From Stellaceae bacterium (GTDB lineage Bacteria; Pseudomonadota; Alphaproteobacteria; ATCC43930; CGMCC-115725): 64,000 bases of DNA. Positions 29,664 through 38,413 of this stretch are shown here, piece after piece. Position 1 is the stretch's first letter. Each line of letters opens with the position of its first letter. Position numbers and translations under genes: made by a program. The notes under the pieces were generated by a model. It did not search any database and had not been told where the DNA came from. It worked only from the letters and a program-made list of their open reading frames with translations. The DNA is taken from the NCBI GenBank assembly GCA_035581425.1, contig DATJVP010000081.1, positions 6 to 64,005 of the forward strand. The letters are read 5' to 3'.

Positions 29664-32318
29664 CTAGAGTTCCCGCACCACCCGCACGATATCGGGATCC
29701 TCCGGGTAGGCGGCGACGGAGAAGCCGAGCGCGCGGCATAGCCCGAGCATGGGTGCGTTCTCTCGGAGCACGCAGCCGAAAATCTCGGAAATGCCGCGGG
29801 CCTTGGCAACATCGAGCATCCGGCGCATCAGAAGCGAGCCAAGGCCGCGGCCCTTGAGGTCGCTGCGCACGGTGACGGCGTATTCGGCGCTCCGGTGGTC
29901 GGGGTCCGCGGCATAGCGCACGACGCCCCAGATCTCGCGGCTGCCCGCGGGCTCCGCCACGATCGCGACCTCGCGGTCGTAGTCGATCTGGGTGAGGCGC
30001 GCCGCCAGCTCATGGCTCATCCCCTTCATCGGCGTGAAGAAGCGGAACCGCGCGTCTTCCGGCGCCATATGGCTCACGAACTCCAGGAGTGCGGGCTCGT
30101 CTTCGGGGCGGATCGGCCGCAGGCGGAGCGCGGTTCCGTCCCGAAGCGTCGCCTCGCTCTCGAGCTCCTTGGGATAGGGGCGGATCGCGAGACGCCGGGT
30201 ACCCGGCAGCGCCGCGGCACGGACCCGAAGGCGTGCGTCGAGCGCGATCACCCCTCCGGCATCTGCGAGCAGGGGATCGACATCGAGCTCTGCGAGCTCC
30301 GGCAGGTCCGCGACCATCTGCGAGACGCGAACCAGCACCTCGGCGACCGCGTCCAGGTCCGCCGCCGGCGTGTTTCGGTATCCCTGCAGAAGCTTCGAGA
30401 CGCGCGTTCGCGCGATCTGTGCGCGCGCGAGCGCGAGGTTGAGCGGCGGCAGCTCGAGCGTGGTGTCGTCGAGCACCTCGGCCGCGGTCCCGCCTTGGCC
30501 GAAGAGGATCACCGGACCGAAAAGCGCGTCGTCGACGACGCCGACGATAAGCTCGATCGCGCCCGGCCGCCGTACCATCTCCTGCAGGACGAAGCCCTCG
30601 ATCCGCGCCTGGGGCTGCGCCTTGCCGATGCGCTGCTGCATCGCCAGCGCCTCGCGCTCGACGCGCTCCGGCGCGTTCAGATTGAGCGCCACGCCGCCGA
30701 TGTCGCTCTTGTACCGGATGTCGCGCGAGCGGATCTTGAGTGCGACCGGCCGCCCGATCTCACGCGCAGCCGCGGCTGCCGCCGCCGCGTCCCCGACGAG
30801 CCGGGTCTCGATGAGCGGGACCCCATAGGCCTCGAGCACTGCCGCCGTCTCCCGCGGATCGAGCCACTCCCGTCCCTCCGCGAGCGCTACCCGAAGCACG
30901 CGCGATGCCGACTCTGCATCGGGCTCCATCCCCTCCGCGCGCGAGGGCGGCGTCTCCCGCAGCAGCTCCTGGTTCCGCCGATAGTGTACGCCGTGCATGA
31001 AGCCGCGGATCGCGCGATCGGGGGTCTCGTAGCTTGCGATCTGCGCCTCCGAGAAGATGCGCCGGGCCGCCGCCGCCGTGTGCTCGCCCAGCCAGGTCGC
31101 GAGCAGATTGCGCCCGAAGAGTCGCGCTCCGCCCTGCCGCACCGTCCAGACCACCGCGCGCGCCGCTTCCACCGAAGGCTCCATCGCCGTCGGGCAGTTG
31201 ATTGCGAGCACCGCGTCGACGCCGGGATCGTCGAGCAGGATCTCGAGCGCGCGCTTGTAGCGCTCGGCGTCGGCATCGTCCTCGAGATCGACGGGATTGC
31301 CGCGGCTCCACGACGGCGGCAGCGCCGCGTCGAGCCGGGCGATGCTCTGAGGCGCGAGCGCCGCGAGCGTGCCGCCTTTCTCCAACAGCGCATCGGTCGC
31401 GAGCAGGCCGGGCCCGCCGCCATTGGTGAGGATCGCGAGCCGTTCGCCGCGCTGCGGCCCCGTTGCCGAGAGCGTCTCGAGCGCATCGAAAAGCTCGGCC
31501 ATGTCGCCGACCCGCAGCATGCCTGCGCGGCGGAAGGCCGCGTCGTGGATCTTGTCCGAGCTCCCCAAGGCTCCGGTGCGCGGGAGCGCCGCGCGGGCGG
31601 CCTCGGCATGTCGGCCGATCTTCACCACGAGGACGGGCTTCCGCCGCGCCGCCGCCCGCGCTGCCGACATGAACTTCCGCGCGGCAGTCAGCCTCTCGAC
31701 GTAGAGCAGGATCGCCCGCGTCGCGGTGTCGTCGCCGAGATAGTCGAGCATGTCGCCGAAGTCGACGTCGGCCATGTCGCCCATGGAGACGACGTGCGAG
31801 AAGCCTATGCCGCGCGGCTCCGCCCAATCGAGCATCGCCGTGACGATGGTGCCGGACTGGCTCACGAAGGCGACACCGCCGCGGGCGGGCTGCAAGTGGG
31901 CGAAGCTCGCATTGAGACCGGCGCCCGGTACCATGAGCCCGAGGCAATTGGGGCCGACGAGGCGGAGAAGATACGGCTTGGCAGCCTCGAGGATCCGCTG
32001 CTGAAGCGTGCGGCCTCCCGCGCCGGGCTCCCCGGAGCCCGTCCCGATCACGACGGCGCCCCGCGTTCCCTTGCGGCCTAGCGCCGCGACGATGCCCGGC
32101 ACCGAGGCCGGCGGCGCGGCGATCACCGCGAGATCCGGCATCTCCGGCAAGCTCGCGATCTCGCGGTCCTGCGGGCCCACCACGGAGATCACTCCCCTAA
32201 ATCCACCGCCGCGGAGGTTCTCGAGCACGATACCGCCCACGCTGCGCGGCTCCGAGACGGCCCCGACGAAAACAAGCGAGCGCGGTTTGAAGACGGCGTC
32301 GAGATTGCGGATGGACAT
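29664..32318 (-). CDS. Pat-type protein acetyltransferase (ADP-forming acetyl-CoA synthetase-like domains plus C-terminal GNAT)
   Basis: CoA-binding and succinyl-CoA-synthetase-like N-terminus (VGPNCLGL), ATP-grasp region, and a C-terminal GNAT (RSDLKGRGLGSLLMRRMLD). Start placed at ATG 32318 (MSIRNLDAVFKPRSLVFVGA); the ORF-track start is 32360. Confidence 0.85.
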   Translation of the reverse strand: MSIRNLDAVFKPRSLVFVGAVSEPRSVGGIVLENLRGGGFRGVISVVGPQDREIASLPEMPDLAVIAAPPASVPGIVAALGRKGTRGAVVIGTGSGEPGAGGRTLQQRILEAAKPYLLRLVGPNCLGLMVPGAGLNASFAHLQPARGGVAFVSQSGTIVTAMLDWAEPRGIGFSHVVSMGDMADVDFGDMLDYLGDDTATRAILLYVERLTAARKFMSAARAAARRKPVLVVKIGRHAEAARAALPRTGALGSSDKIHDAAFRRAGMLRVGDMAELFDALETLSATGPQRGERLAILTNGGGPGLLATDALLEKGGTLAALAPQSIARLDAALPPSWSRGNPVDLEDDADAERYKRALEILLDDPGVDAVLAINCPTAMEPSVEAARAVVWTVRQGGARLFGRNLLATWLGEHTAAAARRIFSEAQIASYETPDRAIRGFMHGVHYRRNQELLRETPPSRAEGMEPDAESASRVLRVALAEGREWLDPRETAAVLEAYGVPLIETRLVGDAAAAAAAAREIGRPVALKIRSRDIRYKSDIGGVALNLNAPERVEREALAMQQRIGKAQPQARIEGFVLQEMVRRPGAIELIVGVVDDALFGPVILFGQGGTAAEVLDDTTLELPPLNLALARAQIARTRVSKLLQGYRNTPAADLDAVAEVLVRVSQMVADLPELAELDVDPLLADAGGVIALDARLRVRAAALPGTRRLAIRPYPKELESEATLRDGTALRLRPIRPEDEPALLEFVSHMAPEDARFRFFTPMKGMSHELAARLTQIDYDREVAIVAEPAGSREIWGVVRYAADPDHRSAEYAVTVRSDLKGRGLGSLLMRRMLDVAKARGISEIFGCVLRENAPMLGLCRALGFSVAAYPEDPDIVRVVREL

Positions 32319-32366
32319 GGCGATCCCCTCACCCTCCCGTCGCAGATGGGAGAAGGACATTATGAT

Positions 32367-32391
32367 CCCTCTCCCGACAAGCGGGAGAGGG
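32367..32391 (-). terminator. GC-rich hairpin CCCTCTCCCG-acaag-CGGGAGAGGG downstream of the PBP gene (terminator or REP-like element)
   Basis: Read directly: perfect 10-bp stem with a 5-nt loop, 45 nt after the PBP stop. There is no clear U-tract on the minus strand. Confidence 0.35.
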
Positions 32392-32435
32392 TTGGGGCTC
32401 GGGTCTAGCGCGGGAGGGTGAGGGTTTGCCGGACG

Positions 32436-34511
32436 TCAGTGCCCGGTATCGCCGTAAAGAGGTTCCTGGCGCGGCGGGGAGGGGCGGGAGGAGGACCCAC
32501 CGCCGAAGATGCGCTCGATCCAGCCCGGGCGCGAGGCCGGGCGCTGCGGGGCATTCTGCGTTTCGCGCGGGGCGTTGGGCGCGTTGACGGCGAGGGCGGC
32601 GGGCGCCGAATAGAGCGGTCGCACCGGTTGTCCCTTCGTCGCCTCCACCATGAAATCGTGCCAGGTGCGCGCGGGCAGCGTGCCGCCGGTCACGTTGTTC
32701 ATGGGCGTGTTGTCGTCGTTGCCGAACCAGACGCCCGTCACGAGATCGGCAGTGAAGCCCTCGAACCAGGCATCGCGATAGTCCTGCGTCGTGCCGGTCT
32801 TGCCGGCGACGGGCCGGCCGATCTGCGCGGCCTTGCCGGTTCCGTGGTCGATGACGCCTGCGAGCATCTGGTTCATGGCGCCGGCGATTGCCGGCTGGAT
32901 CACCTCGCCTGGCCCCGAGCCCTGGCGACGGTAGAGCACGGTTCCCGCCTTGTCGCGGACCTCGACGATCGCATAGGGCCAGGTGCCCTCGCCGCCGCTC
33001 GCGAAGGCCGCATAGGCCGCGGTGAGCTCCATCAGCGAGAGATTGGCGGTGCCGAGCGCGAGGCTCAAATCGCGGTTGAGCTCGCTCGAGATGCCGAGGC
33101 GATGCGCATCCGCGATCACGGCATCGACACCCACGCGCTGCTCGAGCTGCACCGCGACGCTATTCATGGACTGCGCGAGCGCCTCCGCCACCGTGACGTC
33201 GCCGTAGTATTTGTTGCCGTAATTGTGGGGCTGATAGGTCCCGAAGCGGACGGGCTCGTCGACGAAATGATCCTGCGGCCGAACGCCGTGCTCGAGCGCC
33301 GCCAGATAGACGAAGGGCTTGAAGGAAGAGCCGGGCTGGCGGTAGGCCTGGGTTGCGCGGTTGAACTGGCTCTCGCCGTAGTCGCGTCCGCCGACCAATG
33401 CGCGGACGGCGCCGTCGGGGCTCATCGCGACGAGCGCACCCTGGGTCACCTGAGACTTCTCGCCTTCCTTGGCGAGCGTCTCCGCGATCGCGCGCTCGCC
33501 CGCCTCCTGGAGACGCGGGTCGAGGGTAGTGACGACGGTGAGATCGCGGCTCCCAAGCCCCGTGAAGCCCGAGACCTGATCCGCAGCCCAATCCGCGAAG
33601 TAGCGGCTCCCCGAGCGCGTCGCCGTCACCTGCGCGAGCTGCGTGCGCTGGCTCTCCGCGCGCGTTTCCTGCGCGGCGTTGAGGAAGCCTGCGGCGACCA
33701 TGTTCTCCAGCACCTGATGCGCGCGGCTTGCGGCGAGGTCGCGGTCGTTCGCCGGGCTGAAGCGCGAGGGCGCGCGCAGCAGGCCCGCGATCACCGCAGC
33801 CTCGTAGAGGGTCACCTCGCGCGCGGACTTGTTGAAATAGCGCCGCGCGGCGGCATCGACGCCATAGGCGCCGGCCCCGAGATAGACGCGGTTGAGGTAG
33901 ATCTCGAGGATCTGGTCCTTGGTGAACCGGTGCTCGAGCCAGAGTGCCAGGAGCATCTCCTGTATCTTGCGCTTGAAGGTTCGGTCCGGCGTCAGGAACA
34001 GGTTCTTGGCGAGCTGCTGGGTGATGGTGCTGCCGCCTTGGACGACGTGGCCCGCGCGGATGTTGACGTAGGTCGCACGGGCGAGACCGATGGGATCGAT
34101 GCCGAAATGGCTGTAGAAGCGCCGGTCCTCGGTTGCGATGACGGCCTGCGGCAGGTATATCGGCATCTCCGAGAGTTTCAGCGGCTCGCCGAAGAGGTCC
34201 CCGTAGGTCGCGATGAGCGAGCCGTCGGAAGCGAGGAGCGTGATGCTCGGACGCCGCGCCGCTAGGGTCAGATCGCCCGTGTCGGGCAAGGTGAGCGCGA
34301 AATAGCCGAGCATCACCACGCCCGCGATCACGCCCCAGAGACCCGCTAGTAGGCTCCAGCGCACGAGCGTGCGGAACACGGTGCGCCGCCGGCGCTTCCG
34401 GCGCGGCGCCCGCTCCTTGCGCCCCTGCGAACGCTGCTGCCGTCTCTCCGCCCGCGGGGAGGGTCGGTCCGCAGGATCGGCGCGCAGCTCGTCTGAGGAA
34501 TGCCTGGCCAT
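32436..34511 (-). CDS. class A penicillin-binding protein (glycosyltransferase plus transpeptidase, PBP1A family)
   Basis: 691 aa. GT51 motifs (EDRRFYSHFGIDP, GGSTITQQLAKN, RKIQEM) and transpeptidase motifs (SSFKP, KTGTT). Confidence 0.92.
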   Translation of the reverse strand: MARHSSDELRADPADRPSPRAERRQQRSQGRKERAPRRKRRRRTVFRTLVRWSLLAGLWGVIAGVVMLGYFALTLPDTGDLTLAARRPSITLLASDGSLIATYGDLFGEPLKLSEMPIYLPQAVIATEDRRFYSHFGIDPIGLARATYVNIRAGHVVQGGSTITQQLAKNLFLTPDRTFKRKIQEMLLALWLEHRFTKDQILEIYLNRVYLGAGAYGVDAAARRYFNKSAREVTLYEAAVIAGLLRAPSRFSPANDRDLAASRAHQVLENMVAAGFLNAAQETRAESQRTQLAQVTATRSGSRYFADWAADQVSGFTGLGSRDLTVVTTLDPRLQEAGERAIAETLAKEGEKSQVTQGALVAMSPDGAVRALVGGRDYGESQFNRATQAYRQPGSSFKPFVYLAALEHGVRPQDHFVDEPVRFGTYQPHNYGNKYYGDVTVAEALAQSMNSVAVQLEQRVGVDAVIADAHRLGISSELNRDLSLALGTANLSLMELTAAYAAFASGGEGTWPYAIVEVRDKAGTVLYRRQGSGPGEVIQPAIAGAMNQMLAGVIDHGTGKAAQIGRPVAGKTGTTQDYRDAWFEGFTADLVTGVWFGNDDNTPMNNVTGGTLPARTWHDFMVEATKGQPVRPLYSAPAALAVNAPNAPRETQNAPQRPASRPGWIERIFGGGSSSRPSPPRQEPLYGDTGH

Positions 34512-34728
34512 GTTCGATGCGCCGCGCTTTTAGCACAAAGCCCGCGGCCGCGGCAGAGCCTCCGCGACTCCGCCAGCGCCCTAGAAAAGCCACAGTCGCG
34601 GACGGCGGCGATAGTGTTGGGACAACGCGCCCTGCGTCCTGCATCGTGTCTCGAGGCGGGTGTGGCTTAGCTGAACGCGCCGGCCGCCAAATCGGATACA
34701 GTCATCGGACGCATCGACGCCCATCCGC

Positions 34729-35937
34729 ATGATCCCCGCCCTCCTGATCTTCCTCGCGACCTATACCGTCGTGGCCATCGGCCGGTTGCCGGGGCTGCGG
34801 CTCGACCGCGCGGGCGCCGCGATCATCGGGGCGAGCCTGATGGTGGGGGTGGGTGGGCTCGGCCTCGACGAGGCCTATCGCGCCGTCGATCTCAACACGC
34901 TGGTTCTGCTGCTGGGGATGATGATCCTGGTCGCGAACCTCAAGCTCGCGGGCTTTTTCGAGCTCGCGGCCGACGCCGCGGCGCGAGCGGCGCACGGTCC
35001 GCTCGGCCTCCTCGCGGGCATTGTCGTTGTCTCGGGCGCGCTCTCGGCCTTTCTCGTCAACGACACCGTCTGCCTCATGCTGACCCCGCTGGTGGCGCAG
35101 CTCGCACGCACGCTGCGGCGGAACCCCGTGCCCTATCTCCTGGCGGTCGCGATGTCCTCGAACATCGGCAGCACCGCGACCATCACCGGCAATCCCCAGA
35201 ACATCATGATCGGCAGCTTCTCCGGAATTTCCTATGCGCGCTTTGCGGCGGCGCTGTCACCGGTCGCGGCCATTGGTCTCGCAATCGTCTTTGCACTGAT
35301 CGTGCTCGCCTTCCGGCGGGAGTTTTTCGGCGGCGGGCGCTTCGAGACGCCGGCGCTCGGCGTGCGCGTCCATCGCGCGCTTCTGCTGAAGTCGCTCGCG
35401 GCCGCCGCGGCGATGGTGGCGTGTTTCTTTGCAGGCGTCGCGCCCGCCAAGGTCGCGATCATCGGCGGCGCGCTGTTGCTCCTGACGCGCCGCCTCAAGC
35501 CCGAGCGCGTCTACCGCGAGATCGACTGGGCGCTGCTACTCCTCTTCGCGGGGCTCTTCGTGGTCGTCGCGGGTGTGGAGAAGGCGCTGCTGACGCCGGA
35601 GGCGCTAAAGCTCGCGGACCGCCTCGCGCTCGACGATCCCGCGGTGCTGGCGCCGGTGACGGCGCTCCTCTCGAACCTCGTCAGCAATGTCCCGACGGTG
35701 CTGGTGCTAAAGCCCTTCGTCGCGGTGCTCGCGCATCCCGAGCGCGCCTGGCTCGTCCTCGCGATGGCCTCGACGCTCGCCGGAAATCTCACGATCCTTG
35801 GCTCGGTCGCGAACCTCATCGTGGTCGAGCGTGCACGCCGCAGCCGCATCGAGATCGGATTCTGGACCTACCTCAAGGTGGGCCTGCCGGTGACGCTGCT
35901 GACGCTCGCTCTCGGCGTCTGGTGGCTCGACGGCTAG
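34729..35937 (+). CDS. anion permease of the ArsB/NhaD/SLC13 superfamily
   Basis: 402 aa, about 10-12 predicted TM helices, repeated SNxGSxxTxxGNPQN-like motif (SSNIGSTATITGNPQNIMIG). Confidence 0.75.
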   Translation: MIPALLIFLATYTVVAIGRLPGLRLDRAGAAIIGASLMVGVGGLGLDEAYRAVDLNTLVLLLGMMILVANLKLAGFFELAADAAARAAHGPLGLLAGIVVVSGALSAFLVNDTVCLMLTPLVAQLARTLRRNPVPYLLAVAMSSNIGSTATITGNPQNIMIGSFSGISYARFAAALSPVAAIGLAIVFALIVLAFRREFFGGGRFETPALGVRVHRALLLKSLAAAAAMVACFFAGVAPAKVAIIGGALLLLTRRLKPERVYREIDWALLLLFAGLFVVVAGVEKALLTPEALKLADRLALDDPAVLAPVTALLSNLVSNVPTVLVLKPFVAVLAHPERAWLVLAMASTLAGNLTILGSVANLIVVERARRSRIEIGFWTYLKVGLPVTLLTLALGVWWLDG

Positions 35938-36146
35938 CCGCCGCTCGCACGAGACTCGAGGCTGCTGGTCGCGGGCGGGCAGCGGTGCCAGACCTCGACC
36001 GGCGCCTGGGCTGCCGCCGTCGCGTCGGCGCCGGTGATAATGTTGACGGTGTTCTCGTTCTGGAGGGCCATGTAGACGGATTGCCCGGCCTTGGGATCGG
36101 AGGCTGGGCAACCCCAAGCGTTTGCCTGGCCACGATCCGTCGCCCT

Positions 36147-36674
36147 TCAGCCGCCGCAGATTTCAGCGCGGAGCTGCTCGAGCTCCCGGAGATGCTCACG
36201 ATCGTGCGTGGCGATGATGGCGACGAGCTCCTCGATGGTCATGGGGCCGACGCCTTCGAGGATGCCTGCGCGGCGGCGCTCCGCAGGGCCGAGGGCGGCA
36301 AGCCGCGTCACGAGCTCGCGCCGCACGGTCGCAAACGCGACACGTGCCGCGCGCGCGTCCTGCGAGAGGTAGCGGCGCTCCGCGGCGAGCTGGTCTCCCG
36401 CGATGTCCGCAAGCTCCGGCATCGCCTCCGTTAGGATGCGCTCGACCCGCGTGCGATAGCCCTCGAGGTCGATGTTGTGGAGATGGAGCACGTGCTCGAC
36501 GAGCGCGAAGCCTCCCGCCGCCGGACGCCGCCGCCACTCCGATTCCGGAATCGTCTCGGCGATCGCGTCGAGCCGCGCCGGCATTTCCGCCAATTCGGCA
36601 ACCGCGCGCAGATAGCTCCTTGAAGGCTCGTCCGCGGCGTTCATCGCCGCAAGCATCGCGATGGTCGTGCACAT
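36147..36674 (-). CDS. DinB-family (DinB_2-like) protein
   Basis: FALVEHVLHLHNIDLEGY ... IIATHDREHLREL: the His-containing four-helix-bundle pattern of the DinB superfamily. Start chosen at the internal ATG 36674. Confidence 0.65.
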   Translation of the reverse strand: MCTTIAMLAAMNAADEPSRSYLRAVAELAEMPARLDAIAETIPESEWRRRPAAGGFALVEHVLHLHNIDLEGYRTRVERILTEAMPELADIAGDQLAAERRYLSQDARAARVAFATVRRELVTRLAALGPAERRRAGILEGVGPMTIEELVAIIATHDREHLRELEQLRAEICGG

Positions 36675-36743
36675 GGCGTTCCCCAATTCGTCGGAGCCGC
36701 CGGCTCTAGCATATCTCCGGCGGCCTCGCAAAGCGGGGAAGGC

Positions 36744-37256
36744 TCAGGCGCCTTGCTCGGGAGCGCGGTAGATCTGGGGCGGCGGCTCGCCGTGCTTTTC
36801 CGGGAGCTTCGGCTGCGGCGCCGGATGGAAGACCGGGTCGCGCCAATCCCAGGAACGCTCGTAGGGGAGATGCATCACCACGCCGCCGCCGTGGTTGCGC
36901 GAGTTCTCCTCGACCGCCTTCTGGAGGTCGCTCGCGAGCTTCTCGTCCCAGGGCAGCACGTAGTACCGCGGCTCGCGCACCCCGGGGATCTTGAGCCAGA
37001 GATAGATCCCCGAGCCCTCGACGATGTAGGAGCCAAGCACCGGCAATTCGCCATCGGGATGGCGCAGCACCTCGAGCCGGCTCGATTTCGGGCGGCCCAG
37101 CATATCGGAATAACCGAAGAAAAGACCCGCAAGCAGCAGCGCGAAGAATCCGCTCACGATCGCGCGGCGGGTGCGGGTTCCCATGGGGAGGCCCACGAAG
37201 GCGAAAATTCCGAGCGCCAGCGCCAACGTGAGGAAAGCGATGAGGAAGGTCGTCAT
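36744..37256 (-). CDS. hypothetical 2-TM membrane protein with soluble domain and Pro-rich C-terminal tail (third gene of the MotA/ExbB-like operon)
   Basis: 170 aa. Two N-terminal hydrophobic helices, a tail ending PAPQPKLPEKHGEPPPQIYRAPEQGA, and an ATGA overlap with the upstream gene. No family recognised. Confidence 0.6.
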   Translation of the reverse strand: MTTFLIAFLTLALALGIFAFVGLPMGTRTRRAIVSGFFALLLAGLFFGYSDMLGRPKSSRLEVLRHPDGELPVLGSYIVEGSGIYLWLKIPGVREPRYYVLPWDEKLASDLQKAVEENSRNHGGGVVMHLPYERSWDWRDPVFHPAPQPKLPEKHGEPPPQIYRAPEQGA

Positions 37257-37858
37257 TTCTTCTTCGTCTCCTCCTCGCCCATGAAGGCGGCGCGGAGCGG
37301 TTTGTGGATGCGATTGAGGCTGCCCTCGACCATCGCGCCCTTCTTGTCGAGCTTGAAGCGGAAGATCGTGCTCTCCTGCCCGACGTAGCTCAGCTCCATC
37401 TTCGATTGCAGCAGCCGACGGCTCATGCCGTCGGCGCCGGTCACTGTCACCGTCGCCGTCACCTCGATCGGAAAGCGATTGTCCATGGAGCGATAGAGAT
37501 GCGCATTGACGACGTACTCGCCCTGCCAGAAGCCGCGGGCGTAGGCGACCTCATAGTTCATGGGGATGGGCTCGGCGGAATGGCCGAGATCGTCGCGCAC
37601 GAGGTTGAAGATGACGCCGCTCTTGTTGGAATAGCCCACGGGCACGTCGCCCGGGGCCTGCACCCAGAGATCGACGTCGGCGTCGATCTTGTCGTCCCAG
37701 TGGATCTCGACGGTGATGTTGCCGGGCGGCTGCTTACCGGCGGTATCCTCCTGCGCCTCCTTCCGGACATGTGCGAGCGCCACCGCGCCGATCACGAGAT
37801 AGGCGAAGACCAGCAGGAAGAGCATGTCCCGGAAGGAGACATTCATCCCCCGCCACAT
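37253..37858 (-). CDS. hypothetical single-pass protein with an ExbD/TolR-like Asp-containing TM anchor and a non-canonical periplasmic domain
   Basis: 201 aa. N-terminus MWRGMNVSFRDMLFLLVFAYLVIGAV resembles the ExbD/TolR N(I/V)xPxxDV(M/L)LVLLxIF segment. GGAGG lies 9 nt upstream of the ATG. The rest resembles no ExbD, TolR or MotB periplasmic domain that I know. Confidence 0.55.
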   Translation of the reverse strand: MWRGMNVSFRDMLFLLVFAYLVIGAVALAHVRKEAQEDTAGKQPPGNITVEIHWDDKIDADVDLWVQAPGDVPVGYSNKSGVIFNLVRDDLGHSAEPIPMNYEVAYARGFWQGEYVVNAHLYRSMDNRFPIEVTATVTVTGADGMSRRLLQSKMELSYVGQESTIFRFKLDKKGAMVEGSLNRIHKPLRAAFMGEEETKKK

Positions 37859-37861
37859 GGC

Positions 37862-38413
37862 CTAGACCTCCTGGCGCGCGAGGAGATGGGCGTTGGTGCC
37901 GAGCCAGAGATATCCGACGCAGGCCAGCAGGTTCGTGTAGAGCGCCGTGCCCGAGCCGACATAGATCGCGGTCACGACCGTCTTGAAACTCTCGAAGCTC
38001 TGCGCCTTGTCGGCGGAGAGATCGCTCACGGTCATGATGAGGCCGAGCACGGTGCCGACCATGCCGAGATAGACGAGCGCATTGCCGGCCCAGCGCACGC
38101 TTTGCCAATCGCCGCGGAGGCAGCAGACGAGGCCCCAGCCGAAGAGCGCGGTGATGAGGTAGCACATGCCGGTGCTGTCGGCCTCGTAGGGCTTGAGGAG
38201 TACGCCCTCGGCCCAGGCGGCGGCCAGAAGGGCGACACCCACGAGGTTCAGCACCGCGAAGCGCGCGAAGAAGGCCCTTTCCCCCGCGGGAGCGAACGCC
38301 GCGCTGAGGCGCTCCTGCTGCTGGCGGGCGTCGAAGGGGCTCGCAACGGGTGTCGGCTCCACCTCGGCTTGGGGAGTCCGCGACCACGGAAGTCTCGCGA
38401 GGGTGGCACGCAT
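37862..38413 (-). CDS. short MotA/TolQ/ExbB-like proton-channel family protein (putative)
   Basis: 183 aa, 4 predicted TM helices. The last two carry YLGMVGTVLGLI and GTALYTNLLACVGYL about 30 aa apart, resembling the GLLGTVxGM ... ALxxTAxGL signature. AGGAGG lies 7 nt upstream of the ATG. Confidence 0.5.
   Translation of the reverse strand: MRATLARLPWSRTPQAEVEPTPVASPFDARQQQERLSAAFAPAGERAFFARFAVLNLVGVALLAAAWAEGVLLKPYEADSTGMCYLITALFGWGLVCCLRGDWQSVRWAGNALVYLGMVGTVLGLIMTVSDLSADKAQSFESFKTVVTAIYVGSGTALYTNLLACVGYLWLGTNAHLLARQEV

Noticed and set aside
36147-36149. TGA of the DinB-like gene read as selenocysteine or programmed readthrough.
   Set aside because: I saw no convincing SECIS-like hairpin immediately downstream, and the first 25 codons after the TGA have weaker codon bias than the rest. 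A separate small ORF or a gene remnant is the simpler explanation.
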